A program made the position numbers and the translations under genes. From the NCBI GenBank assembly GCA_963666315.2, contig CAXXHG010000046.1, positions 32,001-96,000 on the forward strand: a DNA stretch of 64,000 nucleotides, written 5' to 3'. The notes under the pieces were generated by a model. That model saw only the letters and a list, made by a program, of their open reading frames with translations, was not told the DNA's origin and ran no database searches. Shown here piece by piece: positions 11,363 to 21,893 of the stretch. The DNA is from Candidatus Binatia bacterium (GTDB taxonomy: Bacteria; Desulfobacterota; Binatia; Bin18). The stretch's first letter is position 1. Every line of letters begins with the position of its first letter.

Positions 11363-11537
11363 GGGATCTTTCCAACTTTATCAGAAAACCCGCTGAGCCA
11401 CTGAGCGGTTGAGCTAAAGCGATCCTAGCATAAGACCATTGAGTGCGACACTACAGGTACGGATCGTACCATATCGCTCTTGGCTCCTTGTCGCCTCCTA
11501 CTCGCTTCGCTTACAATATGGATAAGGGGCGATATCC

Positions 11538-12491
11538 ATGGCACAAGGGTTACACCCGCTTCGTCGTATACGACAAGCGCTAATTCGGCAGTTTGCGAGT
11601 CTCCTGACCAAGCCGCTCAAGAACTATGCCTTTCGTTTTCCCAACGACCTGGATGCGCTCAAGGGCCAAATCCAGAAAGGTGATATTCTTCTGGTTGAGG
11701 GGTCACAACGAATTAGTGAAGTTATTAAATACCTCACCCAGAGTTCCTGGTCACACTCGGCTCTCTATATTGGTGATGAGCTGATTCGGCGTAAACATCC
11801 TTTGGCAGGCCAAGCGCAAGCCGACCATGGCGAAGACGCAAAATTCCTTTTGGTTGAAGCGCTGGTTGCAGAAGGTGTGGTGCTGTCTCCCCTGTCCAAA
11901 TACGCTGAGTATAATATCCGTTTATGTCGACCTCACAATTTACAGCCAGAACACTTGCAGGTCATTCTGGACGATGTGATCAGTCAGCTCGGCTATACCT
12001 ATGATCTCCAGAACGTCCTTGATCTGGCACGCTATTTCCTCCCGGTGAGCCTCGTTCCGCGTCGCTTCCGCCGCAGCGTGCTCCACTTTGGAAATGGACT
12101 CCCGACTCAAGTCATTTGCTCCAGCATGTTCGCTACGGCGTTTGGCAAAGTCGGCTTTCCCATCTTGCCGCACGTAGAGTCGGACCCTGCCTCTCAAGAG
12201 CCGCCGCCGCCCTTACTGCGGCGGCTGTTCTCCAAACTTGGAGGTGTCACCTCACACCCCATCTTTCGCCGACGCCATCCAACCTTGATTACGCCTCGTG
12301 ATTTTGACCTCTCGCCATACTTCGACACCATAAAATTCAATATTATTGCCTCGCGACGTTTCGATTATCGCAATATCGTGTGGGCCGAAGATGTTGGAGT
12401 AGTAAGCGCCGCATCTGCTGAAACAGATGCGGTCGCAGATCGCCAAGCACCCGCCCTTCCCTCGCCTGGAGACCCCCAACCCACTTCTTAG
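11538..12491 (+). CDS. Permuted papain-like NlpC/P60 (YiiX/YebB-like) cysteine hydrolase
   Basis: KGDILLV...[13 protein letters not shown] (His precedes Cys)...YTYD...VICSS...[12 protein letters not shown]. Confidence 0.8.
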   Translation: MAQGLHPLRRIRQALIRQFASLLTKPLKNYAFRFPNDLDALKGQIQKGDILLVEGSQRISEVIKYLTQSSWSHSALYIGDELIRRKHPLAGQAQADHGEDAKFLLVEALVAEGVVLSPLSKYAEYNIRLCRPHNLQPEHLQVILDDVISQLGYTYDLQNVLDLARYFLPVSLVPRRFRRSVLHFGNGLPTQVICSSMFATAFGKVGFPILPHVESDPASQEPPPPLLRRLFSKLGGVTSHPIFRRRHPTLITPRDFDLSPYFDTIKFNIIASRRFDYRNIVWAEDVGVVSAASAETDAVADRQAPALPSPGDPQPTS

Positions 12492-12538
12492 CGGCCGCCT
12501 CTCTTGACACCGTATCCCAAACCCCAGACACTTCAGCC

Positions 12539-13312
12539 ATGCTGTGTAAGCGCATTATTCCGTGCCTAGACGTAAAAGACGGCCGCGTGGTTAAAGGCGT
12601 CAATTTTATGGATTTGCGCGATGCCGGAGATCCCGTCGCAGTAGCTCAACGGTATGACGAAGAAGGTGCAGATGAGCTCACTTTTTTGGATATCACAGCC
12701 TCACACGAACGCCGGCAAATCATTCTGGATGTAGTCCGGAAAACAGCTGAAACCGTTTTCATGCCCCTCACTGTTGGCGGGGGCGTGCGCGAAAATCAGG
12801 ATATTCGTAACCTGCTCAACGCAGGTGCCGACAAAGTATCTATCAACACCGCTGCGGTGACTCGGCCCGAGTTTGTCAAACAGGCCGCGCAGCGGTTTGG
12901 CAGTCAGTGCATCGTGGTTGCCATTGATGCCAAGCGCAAGCTGGATTCCACACCGCTGAGCTGGGAGGTCTATATTCACGGCGGACGTACGCCAACGGAC
13001 ATCGACGCCGTAGAATGGGCCCAGCGCGTGGAGAGCTATGGGGCGGGTGAAATCCTGCTTACGAGCATGGACCGGGACGGCACCAAGGAGGGGTATGATA
13101 TTGCATTGACTCGTGCGATTTCTGAAGCAGTCACGATTCCAGTCATTGCTTCCGGCGGCGTGGGGAATCTCCAGCATATGTATGAAGGGCTTACTGCCGG
13201 GAAAGCCGATGCTGCGCTGGCAGCATCTATTTTTCACTATGCTGAATATACCATACGAGAGTGTAAGGCATTCTTAGCCGAGCGTGGGGTACGGGTTCGG
13301 CGTCAAAATTGA
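12539..13312 (+). CDS. hisF: Imidazole glycerol phosphate synthase, cyclase subunit
   Basis: [37 protein letters not shown]. Confidence 0.98.
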   Translation: MLCKRIIPCLDVKDGRVVKGVNFMDLRDAGDPVAVAQRYDEEGADELTFLDITASHERRQIILDVVRKTAETVFMPLTVGGGVRENQDIRNLLNAGADKVSINTAAVTRPEFVKQAAQRFGSQCIVVAIDAKRKLDSTPLSWEVYIHGGRTPTDIDAVEWAQRVESYGAGEILLTSMDRDGTKEGYDIALTRAISEAVTIPVIASGGVGNLQHMYEGLTAGKADAALAASIFHYAEYTIRECKAFLAERGVRVRRQN

Positions 13313-13333
13313 ACGAGTTTTCAGGAGGGATAT

Positions 13334-14206
13334 ATGGCCAAGATCATGATAGAGGCGGCGATCAATGGGAATGCGGATAAGGCGCTCAACCCCCATATCG
13401 CCTATAGCCCCGAGGATATTGCCAACGACGCGATTGCCACCTGCCGGGCGGGCGCGGCCGCTGTTCATTTTCATGTCCGTAATCCTGAGACCGGCGAATG
13501 GGTCCAGGATGTATCGTATTACAGCGAGGTGTTTAAGCGGACGCGGGCACAGTGCAATCCCATCTTGTGGCCCACGTTTCCTTTTGGCGACGATCCGGTC
13601 AAACGATTTGCACATTTCCTGGAATTGGCAAAAGACCCTGCAACCAAACCTGATCTGGGCTGGGCAGACCCCGGCTCAGTGAATCTGGTTTCTTATGATG
13701 CACGCACGAAAACCCTCTCCGGAGGAAACTTCGTCTATCAAAATTCTCACGATGCCAATCGGTATTTTCTCGAACAGTCACGAGAGTGCGGGGTGAGACC
13801 GACCCTCCAGATTTTTGACCCGAGCTTCCTGCGCGCTGTTTTGGTTTTTCTTGACCAAGGGCTCCTGACCGAACCCCTGTTGCTCAAGTTTTATTTCGGT
13901 GGACCAGAACTGCCTTTCGGGCTCCCGCCTTCACTCAAAAGCCTGGAAGCGTATTTGGACATGCTGACAGGCGTGCGCTGCAACTGGTTTGCCGCCACCC
14001 TGGGCGGAGACAATCTGCCCCTTATTCCGCAGATTATCAGCTTGGGCGGCCATGTCCGATTGGGACTTGAAGATTATCAGTACGCGCACGGCGGACAGTT
14101 GACCAATCCCCAACTCGTCGAACGTGCCGTTGCCACGATTACAGGTATGGGACATGAGGTCGCCACTCCAGACGAAGCACGTGAGACCATCCAAGTCGCA
14201 GTATAG
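13334..14206 (+). CDS. Beta-keto acid cleavage enzyme family (3-keto-5-aminohexanoate cleavage, DUF849)
   Basis: IEAAING, AGAAAVHFHVR (HxH), GGHVRLGLED, NxQLV, VATPDEAR. Confidence 0.88.
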   Translation: MAKIMIEAAINGNADKALNPHIAYSPEDIANDAIATCRAGAAAVHFHVRNPETGEWVQDVSYYSEVFKRTRAQCNPILWPTFPFGDDPVKRFAHFLELAKDPATKPDLGWADPGSVNLVSYDARTKTLSGGNFVYQNSHDANRYFLEQSRECGVRPTLQIFDPSFLRAVLVFLDQGLLTEPLLLKFYFGGPELPFGLPPSLKSLEAYLDMLTGVRCNWFAATLGGDNLPLIPQIISLGGHVRLGLEDYQYAHGGQLTNPQLVERAVATITGMGHEVATPDEARETIQVAV

Positions 14207-14208
14207 GC

Positions 14209-14766
14209 ATGCCGAAAGACCAAGCCACCCTCATCGCGCAGATTCACGCGAGCCCATTGATGGCGGTGCTGGTCGTGACAGGCGGTGGCACGCAAGCGCT
14301 GGCTGACTTGTTGGCTGTCCCTGGGGCATCACGCACCGTGCTGGAAGCCTTGGTTCCATACAGTGCAGCCGCACTCACAGAGTTCCTGGGGACGCTACCA
14401 AACCAAGTAGTCTCGATAGAAACCGCGGCGGCCCTGGCCCGGGCCGCTTATCAACGCGCGTCGACATTACACCATGAGCAGGAGACCCCGCTCGTCGGAG
14501 TCGCTTGCACCGCCGCTCTCGTGACAGACCGGCCCAAAAAAGGCGAGCACCGCGCGCACCTAGGGGTCAGTTCCTCAGATGAAACACGCGTTTACTCGCT
14601 GACCCTGACAAAGGGCGGCCGTGATCGGCGGGCGGAAGAACGCGTCGTGAGTGATCTTGTGTTGGACGTTCTCGCGCTAGCATGCGGAATTCCGGTTGCC
14701 CTGAACGCCTCGCTGCTGACAGAGGAGCGTGTCACTATACAGGCTATGCCGTCGCCCGCAGGATAG
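14209..14766 (+). CDS. CinA C-terminal-like domain protein
   Basis: VTGGG..A...LLAVPGASRTVLEA.VPYS, RPKKGEHRAH. Confidence 0.7.
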   Translation: MPKDQATLIAQIHASPLMAVLVVTGGGTQALADLLAVPGASRTVLEALVPYSAAALTEFLGTLPNQVVSIETAAALARAAYQRASTLHHEQETPLVGVACTAALVTDRPKKGEHRAHLGVSSSDETRVYSLTLTKGGRDRRAEERVVSDLVLDVLALACGIPVALNASLLTEERVTIQAMPSPAG

Positions 14767-14868
14767 CCTCCTCCCGTCCAGAGTGCAGCCAGAGTGTGGC
14801 CCAAGTATGAATTGCCTGCTAAGTTTCAGCCGTTGCCCCACTATCTCGGTAGAATAATGAGAAGAGGC

Positions 14869-14901
14869 CCCAAGCAAGAAGCCCCGGCCCTCTTGCTTGG
14901 G
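14869..14901. other. 11-bp intergenic hairpin without U-tract
   Basis: CCCAAGCAAGA-N11-TCTTGCTTGGG. Confidence 0.45.
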
Positions 14902-14969
14902 CAATCCGCAGCCCATACAAAATAGGGAAGTTTTTAATATTATCTTTCTTCTGGAATGCGAAGGAATGT

Positions 14970-15548
14970 ATGAAAATTGGCATTGTTTCTGACATCCATG
15001 CTGATGCTGGAGCGCTGAGACGTATTCTGGACGACATGCCGTCAACGGACCTGTTGTTATGTCCGGGCGATGCGATCAGTGAGTATCGATTCTGCCCTGA
15101 CACGATCTCTATTCTGCAAGACGAAAAATTCCTGTGCATTCAGGGCAATCATGAGGTCGTCCTGTTTGGTGGCCGGAATCCAGCTTATTTAAAGAAATGT
15201 CAGGAGACTTTTCCCGCAGCCTCCCTCGCCTTTCTTGCCCAGGCGCCGCTCACGCGTGAACTCGAATGTGGCAAGCTCAAGATCCTCATGATCCATGCCA
15301 GCCCGTGGGAGCCGTATGACGAGTATATCTATCCGGGCAGTAAGCTTTTAAACGAATTTTCCGCCCTGCCCTACGACATGGTCTGCTTTGGTCATACTCA
15401 CGTCCCTCTCGTCCACACAGCCGGAGACGTTGTAGTCATCAACCCAGGCTCGTGTTCACAACCACGTGACCAGGACCGGCGTGGTGCCTATGCTCTTTTT
15501 GACACCCAGACGAAAGAAGCCACGATCCACCGCGTAGCCCTTCATTGA
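14970..15548 (+). CDS. YfcE-like metallophosphoesterase
   Basis: SDIHA, PGD, QGNHE, HASP, FGHTHVP, INPGS. Confidence 0.9.
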   Translation: MKIGIVSDIHADAGALRRILDDMPSTDLLLCPGDAISEYRFCPDTISILQDEKFLCIQGNHEVVLFGGRNPAYLKKCQETFPAASLAFLAQAPLTRELECGKLKILMIHASPWEPYDEYIYPGSKLLNEFSALPYDMVCFGHTHVPLVHTAGDVVVINPGSCSQPRDQDRRGAYALFDTQTKEATIHRVALH

Positions 15549-15673
15549 TTTTGGTCTCCGTCCACGTAATCATGTGGATTGTCCACGCTTGCTCCTGATC
15601 ATGTGCACCTCTACACACGAACAGGACGCACTTCTTCTGTCGTCGCAGTCAGGAAGGAAAGAGGAAGTATTCC

Positions 15674-16969
15674 ATGCAAAAACAGCAGCCTGGCCGTCCC
15701 GAGTCTCTCCAGTCGGAAGAGCAGCCTATACAGCCTACCAGCCGTCGCCGGTTTCTAAGAAATGCGGCGCTTGGAGCTGTAGGCAGCGGTGCGGCCCTTG
15801 CCGCTGGCTGTGAGTATCAAACCCAGCTCTTTCTTTTGAGTCGGACGGAAACAGAGGCGGAAGAGCCGAGTCCGGACTGGCAGACGGCCCGTATTCGCAG
15901 CTACCGGCCACTAGGAAACACCGGCCTGGAAATATCTGATATTTCGTTTGGCTGTTCAGGCCTTGATAATCCAGATGTTGTCAAACGCGCCCTGGACCGA
16001 GGGATCAACTATTTCGACACCTCACCAGATTACTCGCGGGCCGGTTCGGAAAAAGCGTTGGGCCAGGGGATTAGAGGCTATCAACGCGATAGGCTGTGTA
16101 TCGTCTCGAAGTTTTGTACAACGGGGGGACATCTGAGCAATACCACCCCGGTCAAAGACGTCATGGCTGCAGTTGAAGCGAGTCTGCAACGCATCGGTAC
16201 CGACTATCTTGACCTGGCCCACATCCATGCCTGCAATTCCATAGATCGCCTCATGAATCCGAATATTCACGAAGCGTTTGATCGTCTCAAGGAGCAGGGC
16301 AAGCTCCGCTTTTTGGGCGTTTCGTCTCATACGCCTCGGCTGGAAGAGGTCATGCGGCATGCCGTCGATAGCGGACGCTTTGACGTCATTATGGTCGCCT
16401 ATAATTTTCGCAATTGGCCCGAGCTGAGCACTATTTTCCACGACGCCAAAGAGAAGGGCGTCGGTGTGGTTGCCATGAAAACGCTCAAAGGCGCCAGACA
16501 TACGGCGCTATCAGACTTCACGCCAACACAGCGTGTATCCTTTTCCCAGGCAGCCTTTAAGTGGGTGCTGTCCAATTCCGATGTCAGCGGCCTTGTCGTG
16601 ACCATCGGTTCGTTCAACCAAATCGACGAATATCTGTACGCCTCTGACCAGCAGTTCCAGCAAGCCGATCTGGACCTGCTCGACAAATATGATCGTCTTG
16701 TTGCCAACGACTACTGTCCGCCCGGCTGCGGCGAGTGCTTGGCGTCGTGTCCGTCCAACGTTCCGGTCGATGATATCCTGCGCTACGCGATGTATTATGA
16801 GAACTACGGTCAGCAGCGGGTTGGCATGGAAGAGTACGCCAAAATTGCGAGTCAGCACAACGTCTCGCAGTGCGTTGACTGTCGCGCCCCGTGCGAGCAG
16901 GCCTGTCCGCACGAGCTACCGATCAAGGCAAAGTTGCTCCGAGTGGATCAACTGCTTCGACTTGCGTAA
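15674..16969 (+). CDS. Aldo/keto reductase with Tat-type signal and C-terminal Fe-S cysteine clusters
   Basis: SRRRFLR Tat motif ending in AAGC; YRPLGNTG, GINYFDTSPDY, SLQRIGTDYLD; CPPGCGECLASCP and CVDCRAPCEQACP. Confidence 0.88.
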   Translation: MQKQQPGRPESLQSEEQPIQPTSRRRFLRNAALGAVGSGAALAAGCEYQTQLFLLSRTETEAEEPSPDWQTARIRSYRPLGNTGLEISDISFGCSGLDNPDVVKRALDRGINYFDTSPDYSRAGSEKALGQGIRGYQRDRLCIVSKFCTTGGHLSNTTPVKDVMAAVEASLQRIGTDYLDLAHIHACNSIDRLMNPNIHEAFDRLKEQGKLRFLGVSSHTPRLEEVMRHAVDSGRFDVIMVAYNFRNWPELSTIFHDAKEKGVGVVAMKTLKGARHTALSDFTPTQRVSFSQAAFKWVLSNSDVSGLVVTIGSFNQIDEYLYASDQQFQQADLDLLDKYDRLVANDYCPPGCGECLASCPSNVPVDDILRYAMYYENYGQQRVGMEEYAKIASQHNVSQCVDCRAPCEQACPHELPIKAKLLRVDQLLRLA

Positions 16970-17026
16970 ACGAAAGAGGAAAGCCAGCCTTCCGCTTGTC
17001 CTCACCCGACAACCGCGCTCACCGCT

Positions 17027-17525
17027 TCACGAAGCAGCCAGCGCACTATTTGTCGTGCGTTTGCCGTCCTTGGTCATATGACAGGTGCAGTCACGGCCAT
17101 ATAGACCGTAGCGATGTAAGATGGATTTTATCTTTTCTGGGATGCGATCAAGTAGTGTGCCTTTTAAGCTAATACTAAACGTATTGACGCTAATAGATGC
17201 GCTCAGAGATTCGACTTCGTGCCACCAGCCGCGCGGTATATACAACATCTGCCCGGAGTTGAGGTGAGAGGTTTGCATACGAACCTCGGCAAAACGAGGA
17301 AATTTCTGCGGATCGTATCGTCGTGAGTCGATTTGGCTCAACTTTGACCCATAGTCGAACTTCGTGCTGGGATACATGCAGGCTGACTACTCGGGCGAAA
17401 CGAGCCGAACAAATTTTTGACCGCAAACCTGGGCTAATAGACCATCCGCGTAGTCGAAGTGGAAACCAGTAAAGGTTCCTTTCGGTCCGATCCAGCCCAG
17501 CATAATGTTTTTCCATTTAGGCTGA
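17027..17525 (-). pseudogene. JmjC/cupin-8 oxygenase C-terminal fragment with in-frame TAG
   Basis: WIGPKGTFTGFHFD...GQK..RLVSPE*SACMYP...GQMLYIPRGWWHEVESL reads in one frame across TAG 17389-17387. Confidence 0.8.
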
Positions 17526-18004
17526 GTGAGGACCTCAAGATAGGCTTCGACCAGCTGCGCCAGGCGGTATTCTTTCGAGTAGGTCTCAGCCTCAGCATCA
17601 TAAAATATGGGATAATCCTGCAGGTGTTGTTCCGCAACGATTTGTATCGCTAAATGCCGACTGCGCAGAATTTCATACTGGGTCTCATAGTAATCGTGGG
17701 CATCAGTTCCCAGTGACTCAGACAAGACCTTGCGGATGTCCAAGATCGCGGGCGACCGTTCTTCAATCAGCAGGGTGGCAGAAGCGGTATAGACGGGCGT
17801 CATGAAAAAGGTCCCGATGCCCACACACAGCACCACAACGGCAAAAAAGACGGCGATCTGCCATTTTCGTTTCGTCAGCACCTGCCAGTAGCGTTGGAGG
17901 TTCAGGCTATTGTCGCCCGGCCGGAACTGATCGAATCCCGCCGGCCCTCCATCCGTTAGGACAAGAGTCGATGGGGCCGCATAGGGAGTGATGTCTCTCA
18001 CCAT
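17526..18004 (-). pseudogene. GumC/Wzc polysaccharide co-polymerase, N-terminal fragment fused to JmjC
   Basis: YWQVL.KRKW + TM + TPVYTASATLLIE...YYETQYEILRSR, then an abrupt switch to JmjC sequence. Junction position is approximate. Confidence 0.8.
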
Positions 18005-18013
18005 CTTTCTCCT

Positions 18014-19200
18014 CTATGGAACCACAGAAGCGCCGATACTGAGCACGCGCGTCGCAAAGTCATACAGCCCGTAGAAAATGAGTTTTCCGGTGGAAGAGGG
18101 GACCTCAATCACATCACCCGCTTGGACCGGCATATCGGACGCCTCACCACGCAGAATTCTTTCGAGGTCAGGCGACAGCACCTGGGTTTGCCCCTCACGG
18201 TCCGTACGAATCACTTTCACGATCCAGTTATCAGCGACAAATCGGGGCCCTCCGGCAGCAGCAATCGCACCAATAATCGTCAGCCCTGGGGTGATGGGAT
18301 AGGTGCCAGGCTGCTTGAGCCAGCCTTCCACCAGTACGCCACCAGCATCAGGCGCGATAATGACGTCTTGCGGGCGAACGGGGAGGGCAAGATAGATTTG
18401 ATCGCCGCCTTTGATCAGGTTCTGAACATCGATGATAATGGGCTCCCCGCGTTCCGCCAAAGAGGATGCTCGGAGAGAAGAGGACGTCAGAGGGACGGAG
18501 AACGGGACCGAATTCGCGTGTTGCCCTGCATCCCCCGCCGGCAGAAAATGAATCTGGGCCGCAGCTTTCTCGGTTCGTCCACCTGCCAGGGACAGCACAT
18601 CGAGAATCGTATCTGTCCGGCTGGTGGGGCTATAGAGTCCAGGCTTTTCGACCGCACCGACCACGGCAACTTGTCGGCTGCGATACTCACGCACAGAGAG
18701 GTTCACCTGGGATTATCCATATAGTCCCGTTCGAGCCGACTTCGAATCGCTTCCTTAAGGGTCTTTTCGGTCAGTCCACCGGCCTGCATGATGCCGATGA
18801 ACGGCAAGGAGATCGTGCCTTCTCGGGAGACACGCACAATATGGCCGGTATCAGATTGGCGTTCGAGCTCTACCATGCCCGGTACAGAAATCTCCAATAC
18901 GTCTCCGGGTCCAAGCGGATAATCTGCCGTCATGCTGTCCCCAGCTCGCTGAGCCCATAACTGCGCCAGTCGAGCTTCATCACGCTGAGCATGGCTGCGT
19001 GGGCTGTCCGTGCCCACGGGCGTGGGAGTAGTCGCCGGACTTTGTCTGAGAGACGCAGAGTGAGACCCGGTTGACTGAACGCTGGTCGTGCAGCCAGCTA
19101 CACACAGGATCACACCCACACCGAGAACAGCATGACCAAAAGGCGTCGGGCAGAGGTTCCGAATATGCAAAAAGAGGTTGGAAATTTTATCCATACACAA
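18014..19200 (-). pseudogene. Wza-like polysaccharide export lipoprotein with SLBB domains, frameshifted
   Basis: Lipobox VAGC, DYPLGPGDVL, GTISLPFIG. At about 18709 ATG GAT AAT CCC AGG TGA becomes NPQVNLSVREY if one C is added. Downstream: VAVVGAVEKPG, VLVEGWLKQPG. Confidence 0.85.
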
Positions 19201-19442
19201 TCAGCCCAGCGGCAGTTTTTCCCCTCTTTTATTTTCGGCTGACCGCGAACCGTCTTTAATTACGTAAAAGGAGGCTCTATAAGCTCTATAAACTCGGCCA
19301 TCCAGTATCTCATCTTCGGTATATATTTTGCGTACTTAAAGTTGGGACTGCTCTCAGACGGCACGGGTCTGCCCAAAGACAGCCGACAAGACCTCAGGCG
19401 ATGACGAAGTTGAGAGTGCAGGGTCTCTAAGGATGTGTAAGG

Positions 19443-20670
19443 ATGTACACTGAGGAGTTAGGATTTCAGAAAGAGCCTTTTAGCCCTACGGCTGATGTGG
19501 AATTCTTTTATGCTGCCCCGACCTACCGAGCAGCATACGAGCGCCTCGTCTTTGGAATTCAGAATCGTAAGGGCCTGCTCGCCTTGCTTGGTGAAGCGGG
19601 GACCGGGAAAACCACACTGCTGCGCTGGCTCATGCACAACATCGAGCCTAACGTACAGTTCGTCTACTTCTTCAATACGAATCTGACCTTTGAAGAAATG
19701 CTCATCTTTGTGTGTGACGACCGTGGCCTGCCTGCCGAAGGTGTCGATCGGGTAACAAAAATTAAGAACCTGTATAACTTCTTACAGACACAGTTTGAAA
19801 ACGGCGGGACCGGAGTCTTCTTAATTGACGAGGCCCAAAATTTAAGTGATGAATTCCTCGAACATCTGCGTCTCTTATCAAATGCGGAAACCGCAGGACA
19901 AAAACTCCTGCAGATCGTTCTGGTCGGGCAGCCAGAACTTGAACGCAAGTTATCCCACCACCATCTCCGCCAGTTGAAACAACGCATTACGACCTATTGC
20001 CGTCTCAAACCCCTTGACGCGCAAGAAGTTGGTCCGTTTATCAGCCACCGGCTCCAGGTTGCCGGGTACACAGGTGAACCACTTTTCCCTGACGAGGTCA
20101 CTCAGCGTATCGCACACTACTCGCACGGCATCCCCCGGCTTATTAATACCCTGTGCGAAAACACGCTGATTGCTTTGCCTGCGACAGGGCAGACGGTCGC
20201 TTCGGTGCAGCTCATTGATGAGATGGCCGACGAGCTGCAACTGTCCTCTGACCAGGCTACGCCTCACCAGGCTCCCCCCAGATTCACAGACCAGACCAAC
20301 ACCGGACGCCCGGCATCGTCCCAGCCGCCGCTCCTCCGCCCGGCACCGACGACAAAGACAGGGACAGACGAGCAGGCGTGGGCAACCGCAGTGCCACCCA
20401 AACCACTCCTCCATCCAGACGACCAAGCCTTATCTCCTACGCACAGTTTCCCGTATTTTCCTGGTGCGAGAATTCAATCCGCATATCACCGATCTGGATC
20501 GGACCGTCGTGGGCGAAACATTGGGGTTCCCACCCCTTGCCCAGGACACCCTGGTGCGGCGACAGCCTGATGGCTCCTACCTCTTTATTCTCAAATCCTT
20601 CTTCTCACTTGCAGATGCTCAGCACGCATGGAAACTCCTCCGCAGTCAGACAACCATGTCAGCCCTGTAA
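19443..20670 (+). pseudogene. ExeA-like AAA ATPase; C-terminal part out of frame
   Basis: GFQKEPFS, Walker A GEAGTGKTT, IDEAQNL, IVLVGQPEL, GIPRLIN. A LysM-like tail (NPHITDLDRTVVGETL) sits in another frame ending at 20670. Confidence 0.7.
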
Positions 20671-20692
20671 TCCAGACCCGCAAAAGAGACAC

Positions 20693-20855
20693 TCCGGTGC
20701 GTAACCCTCTTGTCCCGTAGGGATGAAAGGGAACTGGCGCGAACCGCTTGATTCTTGGGGATCGGGTTGTCACTCCACCGCCCTTCAAGCTAGGCTGTTC
20801 CGAACTACACGGAGGAGGACAGCCCATAGATCAGGTGCTGCGGTCAATGCATGGG
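20693..20855 (+). mobile_element. Probable IS110-family left non-coding end with decayed transposase start
   Basis: Structured non-coding segment (CTGGCGCGAACCGCTTGATTC...CGCCCTTCAAGCTAGGCTG) ending in RBS GGAGGAGG plus ATA GAT CAG GTG CTG. Resemblance to IS110 ends is from memory and was not searched. Confidence 0.5.
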
Positions 20856-20915
20856 CTTGCCAAGGAAGTGATGCCCAAGGTAGAAGCCTGACAAGGTGGG
20901 AAAAGCGGGGGGAGT

Positions 20916-21395
20916 ATGCAAAAACTCAGTCATGTCGATGCCCAGGGCCGCGCCCAAATGGTCGATGTCGGGGACAAATCTGTCACCGCACGGGAGGCAA
21001 TTGCAACAGGTACGGTACAGATGCGTCCAGAGACGCTGGACCTCATTGTCACCGGCCAAATGCCCAAGGGAGACGTTTTGGCAGTCGCTCGTATAGCCGG
21101 CATTATGGCTGCAAAGAAAACGCCAGAACTCATCCCGCTGTGCCATCCCCTCCTCATTTCATCGGTCACGGTGGAATTTACTTCACATAAGGAGACAGGG
21201 CGCATTGATATTGAAGCCCGCGTCGAGGTGAGCGGAAAAACCGGGGTCGAAATGGAAGCGCTGACCGCTGTCTCGGTGGCGGCCCTGACGATTTACGATA
21301 TGTGCAAAGCCGTGGAAAAAGACATAATCATCTCAGCAATCAGCCTCCAGCATAAAAGCGGAGGAAAAAGCGGAACCTATAGCAGAACGCCATGA
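20916..21395 (+). CDS. moaC: Cyclic pyranopterin monophosphate synthase
   Basis: [58 protein letters not shown]. Confidence 0.98.
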   Translation: MQKLSHVDAQGRAQMVDVGDKSVTAREAIATGTVQMRPETLDLIVTGQMPKGDVLAVARIAGIMAAKKTPELIPLCHPLLISSVTVEFTSHKETGRIDIEARVEVSGKTGVEMEALTAVSVAALTIYDMCKAVEKDIIISAISLQHKSGGKSGTYSRTP

Positions 21396-21893
21396 CCAGT
21401 CTGAGAATTTACAAGAGAACTATAAAATTGGAGAGATAAACGACAGACTGACAATTTCACTTCATGCACACATGCGGCCCCCATTCAGATGATCATGAGG
21501 AATTCTCTCTCATTATTCTTTCCGCCTTTAGGAGAAAATTTTTTCCAATTTGTCTTGGCTACTGCCGGAAGTCGATAAAACCAGTATTATCCGTCACTTA
21601 GGCCAAACAAAGGGCCATCCAGTAAACGCATTCCTCCCGGAGGGGCCTATTCAAAATAGCTGAGACTGCAGGTAGGGGATTGAATTATATGAGAAAAAAT
21701 GAAAATCTCTTACTTCCTATGACGTATTTAACTATTCCCTGTATGAACCCTTCTTTTGCCGAATAGCGTGCGCTAGACATCAAGACCACCTGTCTGGCCC
21801 CTGTATGCGTCACTGAGAAAAGAGGCAGATCAGCCGATATACACAGGTTTTTGAGCTTCTCGTCGTTAAGGGAAATTGAGAGGAAAACGTATA

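Noticed and set aside
20693-20900. Moco riboswitch, tRNA-Sec or 6S RNA upstream of moaC
   Set aside because: I could not recognise a tRNA T-loop, a cloverleaf or those RNAs' hallmark motifs. An internal RBS with a decayed start fits an IS remnant better. An Rfam scan is still needed.
21630-21690. TPP riboswitch-like GGGG...GCTGAGA
   Set aside because: The downstream ACCTGA/AGCG/GGGA core is absent and no thiamine gene follows.
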